Below are positions 37,580 through 47,574 of a stretch of DNA of 64,000 bases, piece after piece (the first letter of the stretch is position 1; each line of letters starts with the position of its first letter). Both the position numbers and the translations under genes were made by a program. Location: the IMG/VR virus record IMGVR_UViG_3300025318_000007, positions 1 through 64,000 of that record. One strand, 5' to 3'. The notes under the pieces were generated by a model. It was not told where the DNA came from, did no database searches, and worked only from the letters and a program-made list of their open reading frames with translations. The stretch comes from a virus.

Positions 37580-38487
37580 TCAGCTGTGTAGGTCTTCTTA
37601 GCATAAATCAGATAGTCACCGCAAAAGTCTTTTAGAGCCGAAGAGGTACACTGAATAGAGCCAGTATCAAAAGCCCGTCGAGGTCCGATTTCAATATCAA
37701 GAGGACCGATTACTTCTCTGAAGTAACCCACCAATTGTAATGTAGTGGTCACTTCACCGGTACCCAAAAAGATCGGACTCTTGTACGCAGGCCACCCCTT
37801 TCCACCCATGCTCTTCCTGATTTCATTGAGAATGAAATCTGCGGTGTTAACTACATTGACGTAATCTCGAGATGGAGTGCCGTCTACGGTATCGTAATCA
37901 TTTCCATTGATGATAAAAGGTACTTTCTTTAGATAGCAATCCAACATCGTAGGTCCGACATGAACTTCTTTCTTTCGGTATTCAGTTAATCCTTTGTAAC
38001 CGCCGGCCTGATTACAAAACATGAAAGGAATAACTTGAGTTACTCCATCCTGGCTAAGTAGCCAGTCCATTCCGTCTTGCTTACTTTTAACGTACGGCGC
38101 ATCTTTGAGCTCCGGATCGAGGGACAATGAAGTCATCGGGAACACGAATGCGGGAACATTGTGATCGCATGCATCCTTGTAGAGAGTTCGTGTCATGTTG
38201 ATGTTCAAATCTACAAGTTCTTCGTAGGGCCGGCTCAAACTTCCCGTACCTGCGGCGAGATGAACCACCGCATCGCAAGGATGATTTGCAAGAAGATCTG
38301 AAATTCCCTCACGACAATCCTTTTTAACAAGTGTCAAATCCGGTTGCCACTTCTTAATTCGATTCAGTCCACGATCTCCATTATCAACGGCAACTACGCA
38401 ATGTCCTTTATCAAGTGCTCGTTGAGTTAGAACCGAACCAATAAAACCCCTTGATCCCGTTACTAATATTCTCATGGTTTTCTCCAT
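37531..38487 (-). CDS. NAD-dependent nucleotide-sugar epimerase/dehydratase (SDR)
   Basis: MRILVTGSRGFIGS Rossmann motif, YxxxK-type region. Confidence 0.75.
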   Translation of the reverse strand: MEKTMRILVTGSRGFIGSVLTQRALDKGHCVVAVDNGDRGLNRIKKWQPDLTLVKKDCREGISDLLANHPCDAVVHLAAGTGSLSRPYEELVDLNINMTRTLYKDACDHNVPAFVFPMTSLSLDPELKDAPYVKSKQDGMDWLLSQDGVTQVIPFMFCNQAGGYKGLTEYRKKEVHVGPTMLDCYLKKVPFIINGNDYDTVDGTPSRDYVNVVNTADFILNEIRKSMGGKGWPAYKSPIFLGTGEVTTTLQLVGYFREVIGPLDIEIGPRRAFDTGSIQCTSSALKDFCGDYLIYAKKTYTAEWTTLLELLLPDRPQT

Positions 38488-39758
38488 CCGGGTTCACCAA
38501 CAATACGATAATCAGCCCCTTCCACTTTAAAAACACTTCGGTAAGTAGACCAGGCACCGTGTGCATCAAGAATGAGCTGTCTCTTATTCCACTTCCATCT
38601 ATTGGGTATTACTTTGTAAGCATCATGTTCCGTTGCCAGGAGAACAACTTCTCGATGATCAAACATCACAACTGAACCTGACGGAACACCCGTAGCTTTC
38701 TCTAACTCTATTGGATCCCACAGAGGATCGTGCAATATAACATCCCAATCTTCATCAAACAGCATACGAGCGATATCTACACCAGGTGAACCACCAATAT
38801 CTTTGAAATTAGGCCGGTATCCAGCACCAAGAACAACAACTCGCTTTGTTCCCTTAAGACCGTTTAAATGCCGACGAATTTCTCGACATACGTATTCACG
38901 CTGCGTAGCTTCCTGTATTATCGCAGCATTGGCTATTGGAAGTAGTCCTTTCGTAGCCTGTAGTAAATACTTTGTTCCAATGGGAACACACCTACCTCCA
39001 GTACCAAACCCGATATGATACTGCGGGAGTCTCCAATGCGTACCAGCTAACCGAAGTGCTTCTCTGACGTTCTTTTGCGGTAGAACACATGCTAATTGAT
39101 GAGCAAACATGACTGGAATATGCAGGAGAGCATTTTCAAGCGCTTTACAAATCTCAGCAGTCTCTCGATCTGTCTTGTGAATCAAATCACGTCGAGTAAC
39201 TGTTGAAATAATTTCGAATGCCATTGCACTTGATTCCCAGTTAACACCCCCGATGATACGTTCAAGATTTGAAACATTCTTTTCAGAGTCTGCAAACCAA
39301 TCTCGACGGGGACAAACCGCCAAGTAACAATAGTTTGGACGCTCTTTAAGAACACCGTCAATCATTCCAGGAGCAAGGGTTGATTCAACTAAGATAACTC
39401 CCAGTCGAGGAATCGTTTTAAACAACTCACGAAGAACGCCGACAACAATTTTCCCATATGGTTGATTAGCTCTTTCCGTGGGAACTGCGATGGTGTGATA
39501 ATGAAGTCGCCGTACGAGTTCAAAGTTTGTGGTAGCTTGAATGCGTCCTTCGAAAACTAGATCACGAATTTGACTATCGAGATATCCCAAAAATTCACCC
39601 GATCGTGGAAACCCCGACATTATACCCGCAACCACGGCTGGATCGGGGTCATAGATAACAATCCTACCCCATGCATCTTTATTCGAAGCATAGTGAACAG
39701 CGGCTGTTAAACCGACGTAACCCCCGCCATGAATAACCATCGTATCAGTAATCAACAT
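38472..39758 (-). CDS. UDP-sugar 6-dehydrogenase family (UDP-ManNAc dehydrogenase candidate, WecC-like)
   Basis: GGGYVGL Rossmann; catalytic-Cys motif GFGTGGRCVPIGTKYL. Confidence 0.7.
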   Translation of the reverse strand: MLITDTMVIHGGGYVGLTAAVHYASNKDAWGRIVIYDPDPAVVAGIMSGFPRSGEFLGYLDSQIRDLVFEGRIQATTNFELVRRLHYHTIAVPTERANQPYGKIVVGVLRELFKTIPRLGVILVESTLAPGMIDGVLKERPNYCYLAVCPRRDWFADSEKNVSNLERIIGGVNWESSAMAFEIISTVTRRDLIHKTDRETAEICKALENALLHIPVMFAHQLACVLPQKNVREALRLAGTHWRLPQYHIGFGTGGRCVPIGTKYLLQATKGLLPIANAAIIQEATQREYVCREIRRHLNGLKGTKRVVVLGAGYRPNFKDIGGSPGVDIARMLFDEDWDVILHDPLWDPIELEKATGVPSGSVVMFDHREVVLLATEHDAYKVIPNRWKWNKRQLILDAHGAWSTYRSVFKVEGADYRIVGEPGWRKP

Positions 39759-40866
39759 GTGAAAGAACTCCCCAAGCAGTTCGGTATTTGCGATGTGCAG
39801 CTTTTGATTGATCTTCTACTTCAATCCATTTTACTAATTTCATATCAGTCAAACTACTCAAAAACTCCCGAGTACGTTCAAGAGTCGGAAAGTTTGTGTC
39901 TTGATTGCAAATAACAAAATACTTAGCTCCACGAAGTAAACTAGCACTCGCCCATCCATGCACAGTACCAAAGATTACTTCTTCCTTTTTCGGCCAGAAT
40001 TCCGTCTTCACCGGTCTCTGCAAGAGGATGCTTGAAAGATCCTCAGTTAACCATCGATAAGGATTCGTTTCAAAACTACCTTTCAGCCATGGCCAAGCAG
40101 GATCTGCGTAAACAAGACTCCCATTGATAAGCTCATCCGTAAATCCGTCTTTAAGAGTAGCAAGAGCATCGCATCCATAAACTTCATGCCCAGGACCGAC
40201 CACTTCACAGTTAGAAGTCGGTTTCTTTTCAAGACGGCTAGCATACAAATACGTTGTCCATGCCGTTCGCATCAAAAAGTTATGAATATATTCCGGAGAA
40301 ACTTCAGAACTGAGGACTCCGAAAGGAGTCATTGGACACCAGCCTAATCCCCGGAATGTAAAAGTACTCCTTATTGCTTTTCCAACACAATAAAGTAAAA
40401 ACGGATGATAACCATAACGAAGACACAAAGCATCGATATACTGACGAGTACTTAAATTGACAGGAGTGTTTGTCACGCCGCCAAAATACCCAGTTAAAAC
40501 CCGATGATACTTAGGTTGAGTTTCATGCCACAATATTTTTAGCCAATCTGAAGGAGCCGCATGATACTTCAAGACAGCAAACATCGCGCAATAAGAATAA
40601 AAACACCTATCGTTTGCTCCAATCAATTTCCCCTTTAAAGCCTGATCATATACAAATCGACCACCACCAGCAGTAACATCAATAAAACTAGAACACTCAT
40701 TTACATAATTCAAAAATTCCTGCGGGAAGATGTTTAAAGCCCGAGTCCCATAATAACGAGCAGTGAACTTCTCCGAAGTCTTCTTGGGGAGCTTCTTTTG
40801 GAAGTCTTCAAAAGTCATTTCTTTAAAGCTCCGGCTATGCGACTCAAGCACATCGCCCAATCCCAA
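39745..40866 (-). CDS. Dam-like (D12 class) N6-adenine DNA methyltransferase
   Basis: ARYYGTRALNIFPQEF, FIDVTAGGGRF (motif I), GANDRCFYSY, C-terminal ADPAWPW (DPPY variant). Confidence 0.55.
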   Translation of the reverse strand: MGLGDVLESHSRSFKEMTFEDFQKKLPKKTSEKFTARYYGTRALNIFPQEFLNYVNECSSFIDVTAGGGRFVYDQALKGKLIGANDRCFYSYCAMFAVLKYHAAPSDWLKILWHETQPKYHRVLTGYFGGVTNTPVNLSTRQYIDALCLRYGYHPFLLYCVGKAIRSTFTFRGLGWCPMTPFGVLSSEVSPEYIHNFLMRTAWTTYLYASRLEKKPTSNCEVVGPGHEVYGCDALATLKDGFTDELINGSLVYADPAWPWLKGSFETNPYRWLTEDLSSILLQRPVKTEFWPKKEEVIFGTVHGWASASLLRGAKYFVICNQDTNFPTLERTREFLSSLTDMKLVKWIEVEDQSKAAHRKYRTAWGVLSHVDY

Positions 40867-41852
40867 TTTTCATATGCCCAAGCTTGACCTGCATCTCCTA
40901 AGCGCTTTCGTGCTTCTGGATGTTCCAAATAATAATCGACCTTCTCTTTTGTTTCAGCTGGAGACGATGAAAACTCAAGATGAGTTCCCTCTACCAATCC
41001 CTCGAGATCTGTTCCAACTGTTCGATGCCAGATAACAGGTATGCCAGATGCTAAAGCTCTTCCAAGCTTGATTCCAAAACCACCGTAACGCCAATTCCAT
41101 GTTATACCCACATAGAGCTCATGCGATGCATATACGTGGGGATACTCAGCGGGGTGATAAAAACCTCGAAAGCTATGTTGCAACTGGGATACGCCACCCC
41201 AGCCGTGCACAGGATCAGCAGAACCGTAAATTGAAACGGAGTAATCCTTAAGAGGTAACGCCATAGTTTCTACGCTAATTCTCTTAGAGTCACCCGCGCA
41301 CTTTTCAAAACAAGCATAATGGGCTGAACCATCAGTTACAATCCTACGACCACTGTACTCGGGTTTAGCAATTAACTTATCAGACCACCGAGCACACCCA
41401 GAAGGAAGATAAATAACATTGTTATCAGGACAAGCTGCCTTGTACGCCAATATATCTTGATAGTTATCAACTGCGATATTGTGGAATCTGCGGGCAGCGT
41501 TGATAGCTTCTTGGATTGTCGGTCCTTGCTCAGAGCACCAAGTTATGGTGGGCACTCTATTTTCGATCGCATGTATTTCAGAAAGACATTCATCCCCGAT
41601 CCAATAAGGATAGCGAAAAACTATCAAATCAGCTGTTTCATCCTTAAGTTTTAAAAGAAGAGAGTGTTGAGCTTCTTTACCGTAAAATTTACCAGCAGAT
41701 GGACCTTCATGCTTTCCTTCTTCCATGGATAAAACATAGGGTGCAACCTGGTAGAGAACCAATTCAATACCTGATTGCCTGCAGGACTCGACAATATCGA
41801 ATTCGCACTCACTTGGATGGGCAACCCAGATGATCTTCATTCTACCACCCAC
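40815..41852 (-). CDS. glycosyltransferase family 1-like
   Basis: C-terminal GT-B motif region GRALASGIPVIWHRTVG...EG. Confidence 0.5.
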   Translation of the reverse strand: MGGRMKIIWVAHPSECEFDIVESCRQSGIELVLYQVAPYVLSMEEGKHEGPSAGKFYGKEAQHSLLLKLKDETADLIVFRYPYWIGDECLSEIHAIENRVPTITWCSEQGPTIQEAINAARRFHNIAVDNYQDILAYKAACPDNNVIYLPSGCARWSDKLIAKPEYSGRRIVTDGSAHYACFEKCAGDSKRISVETMALPLKDYSVSIYGSADPVHGWGGVSQLQHSFRGFYHPAEYPHVYASHELYVGITWNWRYGGFGIKLGRALASGIPVIWHRTVGTDLEGLVEGTHLEFSSSPAETKEKVDYYLEHPEARKRLGDAGQAWAYENWDWAMCLSRIAGALKK

Positions 41853-42382
41853 TGCGGTGCGAGAAATCCTTCCTCGACCTTTATTTGAAACGGATTAGCT
41901 CGAAAGTAAATATGCATACCGGAGACTTGAATGTCTTGATCAGTGCCGTTACCTATCACAATCGAAATATGATCTGTAAATGGAATTTTATGAGTGAACG
42001 CCAGCGTTGCCTGTGCCTTTGGATCAGTAAGTTCTCCGTTCCAAGAAGGACAGTAATTTGGCATTCCAATTCCCGACGGACCCACTAATCCCATCTCACT
42101 CAAACACCCGCCGTTATTTAAAACAACAAAAGGAAAAGCATCAACCTGATACCCTATCCAAGTAGCATATGCTCCGCGAAAACCTATCGCAGTAACTTCA
42201 CCTGCAAGTCGTCCGTTAGCGGGAGAAATCCGAACAATCTTCGTTAACAGAATTCGATGGGCAGGTTCTTTCCAATCCCACGTGTTTTTTGATACTGTAA
42301 AGGGGTCAAACTTAAAGACGCAAAGGGGAATCCACATTACAAAATATTTCCTTCCACTTAGCTGCAGTGGTGTGGCTAGCAT
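41837..42382 (-). CDS. hypothetical protein
   Basis: ORF track. Confidence 0.4.
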   Translation of the reverse strand: MLATPLQLSGRKYFVMWIPLCVFKFDPFTVSKNTWDWKEPAHRILLTKIVRISPANGRLAGEVTAIGFRGAYATWIGYQVDAFPFVVLNNGGCLSEMGLVGPSGIGMPNYCPSWNGELTDPKAQATLAFTHKIPFTDHISIVIGNGTDQDIQVSGMHIYFRANPFQIKVEEGFLAPQWVVE

Positions 42383-42929
42383 TCCACAAAACTGAAAGTT
42401 GTACTTGTACTCTTTTTAAGATAGTCAAATTCAATTCGTTAGTGCAAAATAAACCGGTGTGTGGAAGTACGCCATCAAAAATAATACCATTAACATCCCA
42501 AGTAATACATTCACGATATTCTTTACGTTCAAAATCGTGAATCAGTACTATCGTGTTTTGAGCTACCTTTGAAAACACTGCTTTAATAGTTGCTGCTCGG
42601 TGATGAAGTTCGGTAGAATCATCTATCAAGATAAGATCATACCCAGTCAAATCCATACCGAGTACAATCTCAGACATTAACTGTCCAGGTACATATTTTA
42701 GAGTGTACGGGGGTTGAAGTTCTCCAAAAGCCTGCTTGCATGTTTTAAACCACTCTTCAGGTCCATTTTCGATCGTCGTAAATTCTTCAATCTCTGAAAA
42801 AATCTGACGATCAATAAAGATCGGAGTTGAAATTAATCCAGTGCCCAATTCCAAAACACGTTTCGGCTTAAATAAAAGCGCAACCATCACCAAAATAGGA
42901 ATATGAGATCGCGATGAAACTTCAGGCAT
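42312..42929 (-). CDS. class I SAM-dependent methyltransferase-like
   Basis: VLELGTGLIST motif I-like. Confidence 0.45.
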   Translation of the reverse strand: MPEVSSRSHIPILVMVALLFKPKRVLELGTGLISTPIFIDRQIFSEIEEFTTIENGPEEWFKTCKQAFGELQPPYTLKYVPGQLMSEIVLGMDLTGYDLILIDDSTELHHRAATIKAVFSKVAQNTIVLIHDFERKEYRECITWDVNGIIFDGVLPHTGLFCTNELNLTILKRVQVQLSVLWNASHTTAAKWKEIFCNVDSPLRL

Positions 42930-43656
42930 TATTTTTTACACCTTTATAAGTTCGGAAGAAATCATTGTTGTACACCGCTGTTGAAAGAACTTCGAAGCCG
43001 GCGTCTTCAAGAAGCTTTCTTCCCTCTTGTTCGGTGTATGGAATCGCATATGGAGTTCCAAATCCATCTACCAACCAACAAAAAGCTTCCTCTTTACTTT
43101 TGATCTGAGGATGAGCTTTCATTAGTGGAGTAATCTGCGGGGCGAAATGCATCCCGAGAATCTCGCTGTAGAGCATAACGTAGCAAAAACCTCCCGGTTT
43201 CAGAACGCGGTAGAACTCTTTTACGACTTCGGGGGCGTCGGGGATATGATGCACTACACCATGCGAGTTAACAAGATCAACACATTCGTCCTTCAACTCG
43301 AGTGGATAACTTTCTTTGAGATGCAAAAAGATTGCATTTTCGCAAAGACCAAAGTAGTCAAGATTTTGTCGAGCTTGCGCAAGATTCTCTTTAACAATAT
43401 CGCAAAGAATAACGGAGTTACCTCTCCGAAGATATTCATAGGCATCGGATCCTGCGCCGGAGCCGTACTCCAATACAAGCTTCTCCTTATACAGATCGAA
43501 CTCTTGAATTTTTGTGTGCTCCGGATAGACAGCTGTCTTGTTCAAAACGTAGTTGCCAGCTAACTTCCAAGATTCACGAGCTTGATCCATCAAATCCTTT
43601 TCGGACATGCAATACTCCTTTCGCACAATCCTCGCAACCCACAGAACACTCTTCAT
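42922..43656 (-). CDS. class I SAM-dependent methyltransferase
   Basis: VLEYGSGAGSD motif I, VLKPGGFCYV post-II. Confidence 0.65.
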   Translation of the reverse strand: MKSVLWVARIVRKEYCMSEKDLMDQARESWKLAGNYVLNKTAVYPEHTKIQEFDLYKEKLVLEYGSGAGSDAYEYLRRGNSVILCDIVKENLAQARQNLDYFGLCENAIFLHLKESYPLELKDECVDLVNSHGVVHHIPDAPEVVKEFYRVLKPGGFCYVMLYSEILGMHFAPQITPLMKAHPQIKSKEEAFCWLVDGFGTPYAIPYTEQEGRKLLEDAGFEVLSTAVYNNDFFRTYKGVKNNA

Positions 43657-44293
43657 GTTTTTGAGCTTCTGTTAACTCATAAAAATAACGATCACTGTTT
43701 TCTGTTGCCCACTTTGTTCCATTCTCACAATTCCAAACGTGACTGTTCGTTTTAAAATCTGCTTTTTGTGGAAACGGTTTCGTTATAAAGCTGGCCTCGT
43801 ACCAACGCATGCGATTGTTCGGCTGAGCTGTAAAACATCCATTGTCGAGTTTGACAATGTGAGCTCTCTTAAAACCACCTTCTCCGGGATCTTCCGCGTA
43901 CGGATCACCGTACCATGAAAGGGTAAACATGTACACACCTGGGTACCATTTTCGGTCTTTGAGAAGCACCTCGCAGCGTAAACTTCGGATAGCACCGTAC
44001 TCGTGGGCCTCCACGCAATAGCTAAAGTTGTTCCATAACTCAAGATGATCAAGAGGGAGATTAGGAGCATCCTCTTTATGAACGAGAGCGGATATAGGAA
44101 GTCTTGCAAACATAGCACCGAAGTCAGTGAGTACATCAAAACCAATGGCGCGACCAGAAACAGAATCAACTGCGAAAACGAGTACAGGAATAAATTCTCC
44201 GTGATGACTCTGTAAATCATAAGCATACTCTGCGCGGAGGAGACAGTAAAACTGTGGTATATCTGCGGCAAACCCCATTACGCTTTCAGCCAA
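43574..44293 (-). CDS. hypothetical protein (Cys/His-rich C-terminus)
   Basis: ORF track; preferred over overlapping 43783..44271 frame. Confidence 0.45.
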   Translation of the reverse strand: MAESVMGFAADIPQFYCLLRAEYAYDLQSHHGEFIPVLVFAVDSVSGRAIGFDVLTDFGAMFARLPISALVHKEDAPNLPLDHLELWNNFSYCVEAHEYGAIRSLRCEVLLKDRKWYPGVYMFTLSWYGDPYAEDPGEGGFKRAHIVKLDNGCFTAQPNNRMRWYEASFITKPFPQKADFKTNSHVWNCENGTKWATENSDRYFYELTEAQKHEECSVGCEDCAKGVLHVRKGFDGSSS

Positions 44294-45951
44294 AGCATTT
44301 CTTGTTCGTGTTTTGCAATCAACTGATCAGTTAATGCTCGGTCGCGGGCATAAACTGGACTGTTAGCTGATGACCCATCAAGCGTATTAATATTCCAAAC
44401 CCCATCCGGTATCAGTCCAATCTGTTTAGAATGAACTTTCTTGATCAACTCCTCCTCTGGATTAATTGCAATCGACGGAGGTGATGCTGGTTCGGTTTTA
44501 ACCTGACCCCTGAAAACCCAATTAACCAACTTAGAAATCTTGTAATTGAGTTCAGCATCTTCCATATTCTGGAGTCTGGGATCGCAGTAACACCCCCAAA
44601 TCTTCTTAACGTCTTTGAGAACACGGCAATCAACAGCAACATTGGCCCAACTAGCCGCAAACCCACCTGGCATAGCTAAAAACTCTTTTGCTTTTGCCGG
44701 TGGAATTGGAAGATTACCAATATTCATGAACTTACCGTTGTGGTGATCTGTGAAAGGTCCATAAATAGCACGATGACCTTCGTCAAAGGCTAGCTTATCA
44801 AGCTCCAACTTCTTCGGCATCAACCAATCATCAGACCCCAACCTAACCCAATACTGCGCGGTGTTGACCGCGATATCGCACCCCACTTCGTTCATCGCAA
44901 CACCGCCACGACGTTCCAAGTACTTAGCGTAGAAAATACGAGGATCTTTTTCAACGTACTCGTTTACGACTTGCTCGGTATCGTCTGACGACCCGTCGTC
45001 TAATACGAAACAAATCCACTTGTCATACGTTTGAGCAAGAACAGAATCGAGTGCTCGTCCGAGAGCATATCCGCGGTTGTGTGATGGAATGATGATGCAA
45101 AAGGTTTCTTTGAGTTCCTGAAGGTTTTTAAGCTCATAGATTCTTTTGAGCTGTTCATCACTGAAAGGAGAAGGCTCGGATCCCGTGATGGCGTCAATTC
45201 CTTCAGGTAACAAATCTGACGCCACTGACCGATATTTAGCATCTTTAAGCTGGATGTGCCGGTCAACTCCGCCGAGTCCCCCGTAGTACTGAATGGCTTT
45301 CCAACGCAAATTGACTCCGTAGTTTCCATAATGAATAACCTCGTAAGGTGCTTTTCCGACTTTACCGGATTGCAGTGCGCCATGAATCTGAGTGGGGAAT
45401 TGAGCGTGATGAGTCCCATTAATTACATCGAACATCAACTCTGGCGTGTACCGCCAGAGTTTGATAAACCAGCCATCATCAAAGCCGGAATCAGTTCTAG
45501 CGTACGAAGCATTTCGCCACAGTTGTGTATAGTGCATCGACCACGCCTGCAAATGAGCACTGCTCATCAATTGTTGCTTGCAAAAATCACGAAGTTCTAC
45601 AGTACCCCTGCGGTCAAGAACTTCATCGCCATCCATCCAGAAAATAAACTCCCAAGGACCTTTACGGTGCACAAGCTTAAGAAGTTCTTGTTTCCATTTC
45701 AACTCATCTCTGAAACTTTGTTGTTCCGGCTGAACTCGGAGAATGTGGTCTTCGGGGAGCTGCTCTTTGAGGTATTCGTAAGTACCGTCGTAAGATGCAT
45801 CATCGCAAACAAAAATTTCATCGCAGTACTGACTCATATTATTCAGTACTCGATAAATGTTTCCGCCGCGCATCACCTCGTTACGAACTTTAAGGAAGCC
45901 AGCAATTAGCTTTTCACTCATACCACATCCTTTCAGACTAATGAGAAACAA
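44278..45951 (-). CDS. two-module GT2 glycosyltransferase
   Basis: IFVCDDASYDGT, FWMDGDE; second module IIIPSHNRG...FVLDDGSSDDT, LGSDDW. Confidence 0.75.
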   Translation of the reverse strand: MFLISLKGCGMSEKLIAGFLKVRNEVMRGGNIYRVLNNMSQYCDEIFVCDDASYDGTYEYLKEQLPEDHILRVQPEQQSFRDELKWKQELLKLVHRKGPWEFIFWMDGDEVLDRRGTVELRDFCKQQLMSSAHLQAWSMHYTQLWRNASYARTDSGFDDGWFIKLWRYTPELMFDVINGTHHAQFPTQIHGALQSGKVGKAPYEVIHYGNYGVNLRWKAIQYYGGLGGVDRHIQLKDAKYRSVASDLLPEGIDAITGSEPSPFSDEQLKRIYELKNLQELKETFCIIIPSHNRGYALGRALDSVLAQTYDKWICFVLDDGSSDDTEQVVNEYVEKDPRIFYAKYLERRGGVAMNEVGCDIAVNTAQYWVRLGSDDWLMPKKLELDKLAFDEGHRAIYGPFTDHHNGKFMNIGNLPIPPAKAKEFLAMPGGFAASWANVAVDCRVLKDVKKIWGCYCDPRLQNMEDAELNYKISKLVNWVFRGQVKTEPASPPSIAINPEEELIKKVHSKQIGLIPDGVWNINTLDGSSANSPVYARDRALTDQLIAKHEQEMLWLKA

Positions 45952-45986
45952 ACATTAAACCATTTTACCAGTTAGAGTGGTGTATG

Positions 45987-46322
45987 TCAATGTTTAAAAT
46001 ATTCGAGGTAAATTACATAAGCGAGGGTTCGATTTTTAAACCGGAGAGGATTTGCGGCTACAACCCGATACTGCACGGAGTCGATTTCTAAGACTTGACG
46101 GTCGGTTACAACCTTCTCTGAAAAGGCTACGAAGTCTCCAATACGGACATGGCCTGGATCATAAAACTTAAAAGCTCGAGGTGGATTAGGACCGAAGTAA
46201 ATGGGTATGTTCTTAACAAGAGATAGAGTCTCTATCGGAGCACCTGTCGCAGAAGAAGAGGTAGCGTTCACGATATTGTATTGATTCACTCTCTTATTAA
46301 AGAAAGCACCCAACAATCCCAT
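45987..46322 (-). CDS. hypothetical protein (head-completion region)
   Basis: ORF track. Confidence 0.4.
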   Translation of the reverse strand: MGLLGAFFNKRVNQYNIVNATSSSATGAPIETLSLVKNIPIYFGPNPPRAFKFYDPGHVRIGDFVAFSEKVVTDRQVLEIDSVQYRVVAANPLRFKNRTLAYVIYLEYFKH

Positions 46323-47321
46323 TTACGCAATCTCCGCCTTACGAAATAATTTGAGAGCGTCCCCGATGGTATCATCAAAAAGTTTCCGTTCAAGTGCAAA
46401 AGACAAATCACTCAAACGAATACTTGAAATACCTTCAGAGGTTGAAAGATTAACAAGCTTGCTGGTGAGAGCGAGAGCTGCAGTTCTAACCGGTTCAGGA
46501 ATAGTCTGCATCCCAGCTATGTAAGAAATCGCGAGTAAAATACCGGAATACTCAAAATCAAACCCGGCAACATCTGTGAGTTTGAGAATACCGTTCTGTG
46601 CATCCAAGCGATAGTAGAACGTAGTTGGCGAATTAGCGACCGTTTCGACTTCCACCCCAACACTGCGGGGGATAATTTGAGTAGTTGGAGTGATGCCGAC
46701 TATCTGTTGAATCGGATAGTGTTTCAGCTTCACTCGAGTGGTGCTCTGAATCTCAATTACCTCGTCATATTGCTTAAGACCAAACCGCCGCATGCAGTAA
46801 CCTTCAACGAGTTCCATCGCACACTGCAACATCTGCTTATAGAATTTATCCCGAGTGTGGTCAGTATCGTCAGCTTCGATGTAATTTCGATATTCACGAA
46901 CACTAAGCCAAAATGGCTCTTGAGTATAATCTATGATTTCAAATGGCCACGGTTCACTAAAACTAACAATTGAAGCGCCACCTGTTATTCCACTTGCGAC
47001 TGCAAACCAGTGACCAACTGTCAATCCTGGCTCGACGAAAAGATCATAAGTATATCGACCAACAGTAACTCCGGGCGTAAGAGCTACGTTCGTAAGATAA
47101 ATATTCTTTAAAGGCGTATAGACATTGGCAATTGGACTTGCCATATCCACCCTATCACCATCGTCGTTATAAAAATCGAATTCTAAGGTGTAGGTAAAGC
47201 CTGGTCGATATTGATTGATCATTCTTTTACTTTTGCCACCAATAATCACCCTGAGGGGTTTGTCCCAGGGGATCCAAGATCTTTTCCACTGTTCGCGCCA
47301 AATCTGGACCGACATCGGCAA
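46323..47321 (-). CDS. putative head-tail connector/structural protein
   Basis: position. Confidence 0.4.
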   Translation of the reverse strand: MPMSVQIWREQWKRSWIPWDKPLRVIIGGKSKRMINQYRPGFTYTLEFDFYNDDGDRVDMASPIANVYTPLKNIYLTNVALTPGVTVGRYTYDLFVEPGLTVGHWFAVASGITGGASIVSFSEPWPFEIIDYTQEPFWLSVREYRNYIEADDTDHTRDKFYKQMLQCAMELVEGYCMRRFGLKQYDEVIEIQSTTRVKLKHYPIQQIVGITPTTQIIPRSVGVEVETVANSPTTFYYRLDAQNGILKLTDVAGFDFEYSGILLAISYIAGMQTIPEPVRTAALALTSKLVNLSTSEGISSIRLSDLSFALERKLFDDTIGDALKLFRKAEIA

Positions 47322-47547
47322 CCGGAGCCGCCGTTTCCTCTTCTTTCTTTAATTTCCCCGCAAGAAGAGCTTCAAGCTGACTCGGATGCTCGATCTCGCC
47401 AACTAACTCATATCCGAGCTTGAACATATAGTCCTTCGTCTCAACATGCTGAACAACTGCGATGCCGTTCACGATCTTGATTTCACCTTCCTGATAGGAA
47501 TGTTCGATACAATTACCCGGAAACGTTTCATGCTTAACTACGTACAT
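47227..47547 (-). CDS. hypothetical protein
   Basis: ORF track. Confidence 0.4.
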   Translation of the reverse strand: MYVVKHETFPGNCIEHSYQEGEIKIVNGIAVVQHVETKDYMFKLGYELVGEIEHPSQLEALLAGKLKKEEETAAPVADVGPDLARTVEKILDPLGQTPQGDYWWQK

Positions 47548-47574
47548 AAAGTCCTCCTACAGTGTCACTGATTA

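Noticed and set aside
43783-44271. 162-aa minus ORF in alternative frame
   Set aside because: It overlaps the more protein-like 239-aa frame 43574..44293.
45256-45909. 217-aa plus-strand ORF
   Set aside because: It is antisense to the two-module GT2 gene.
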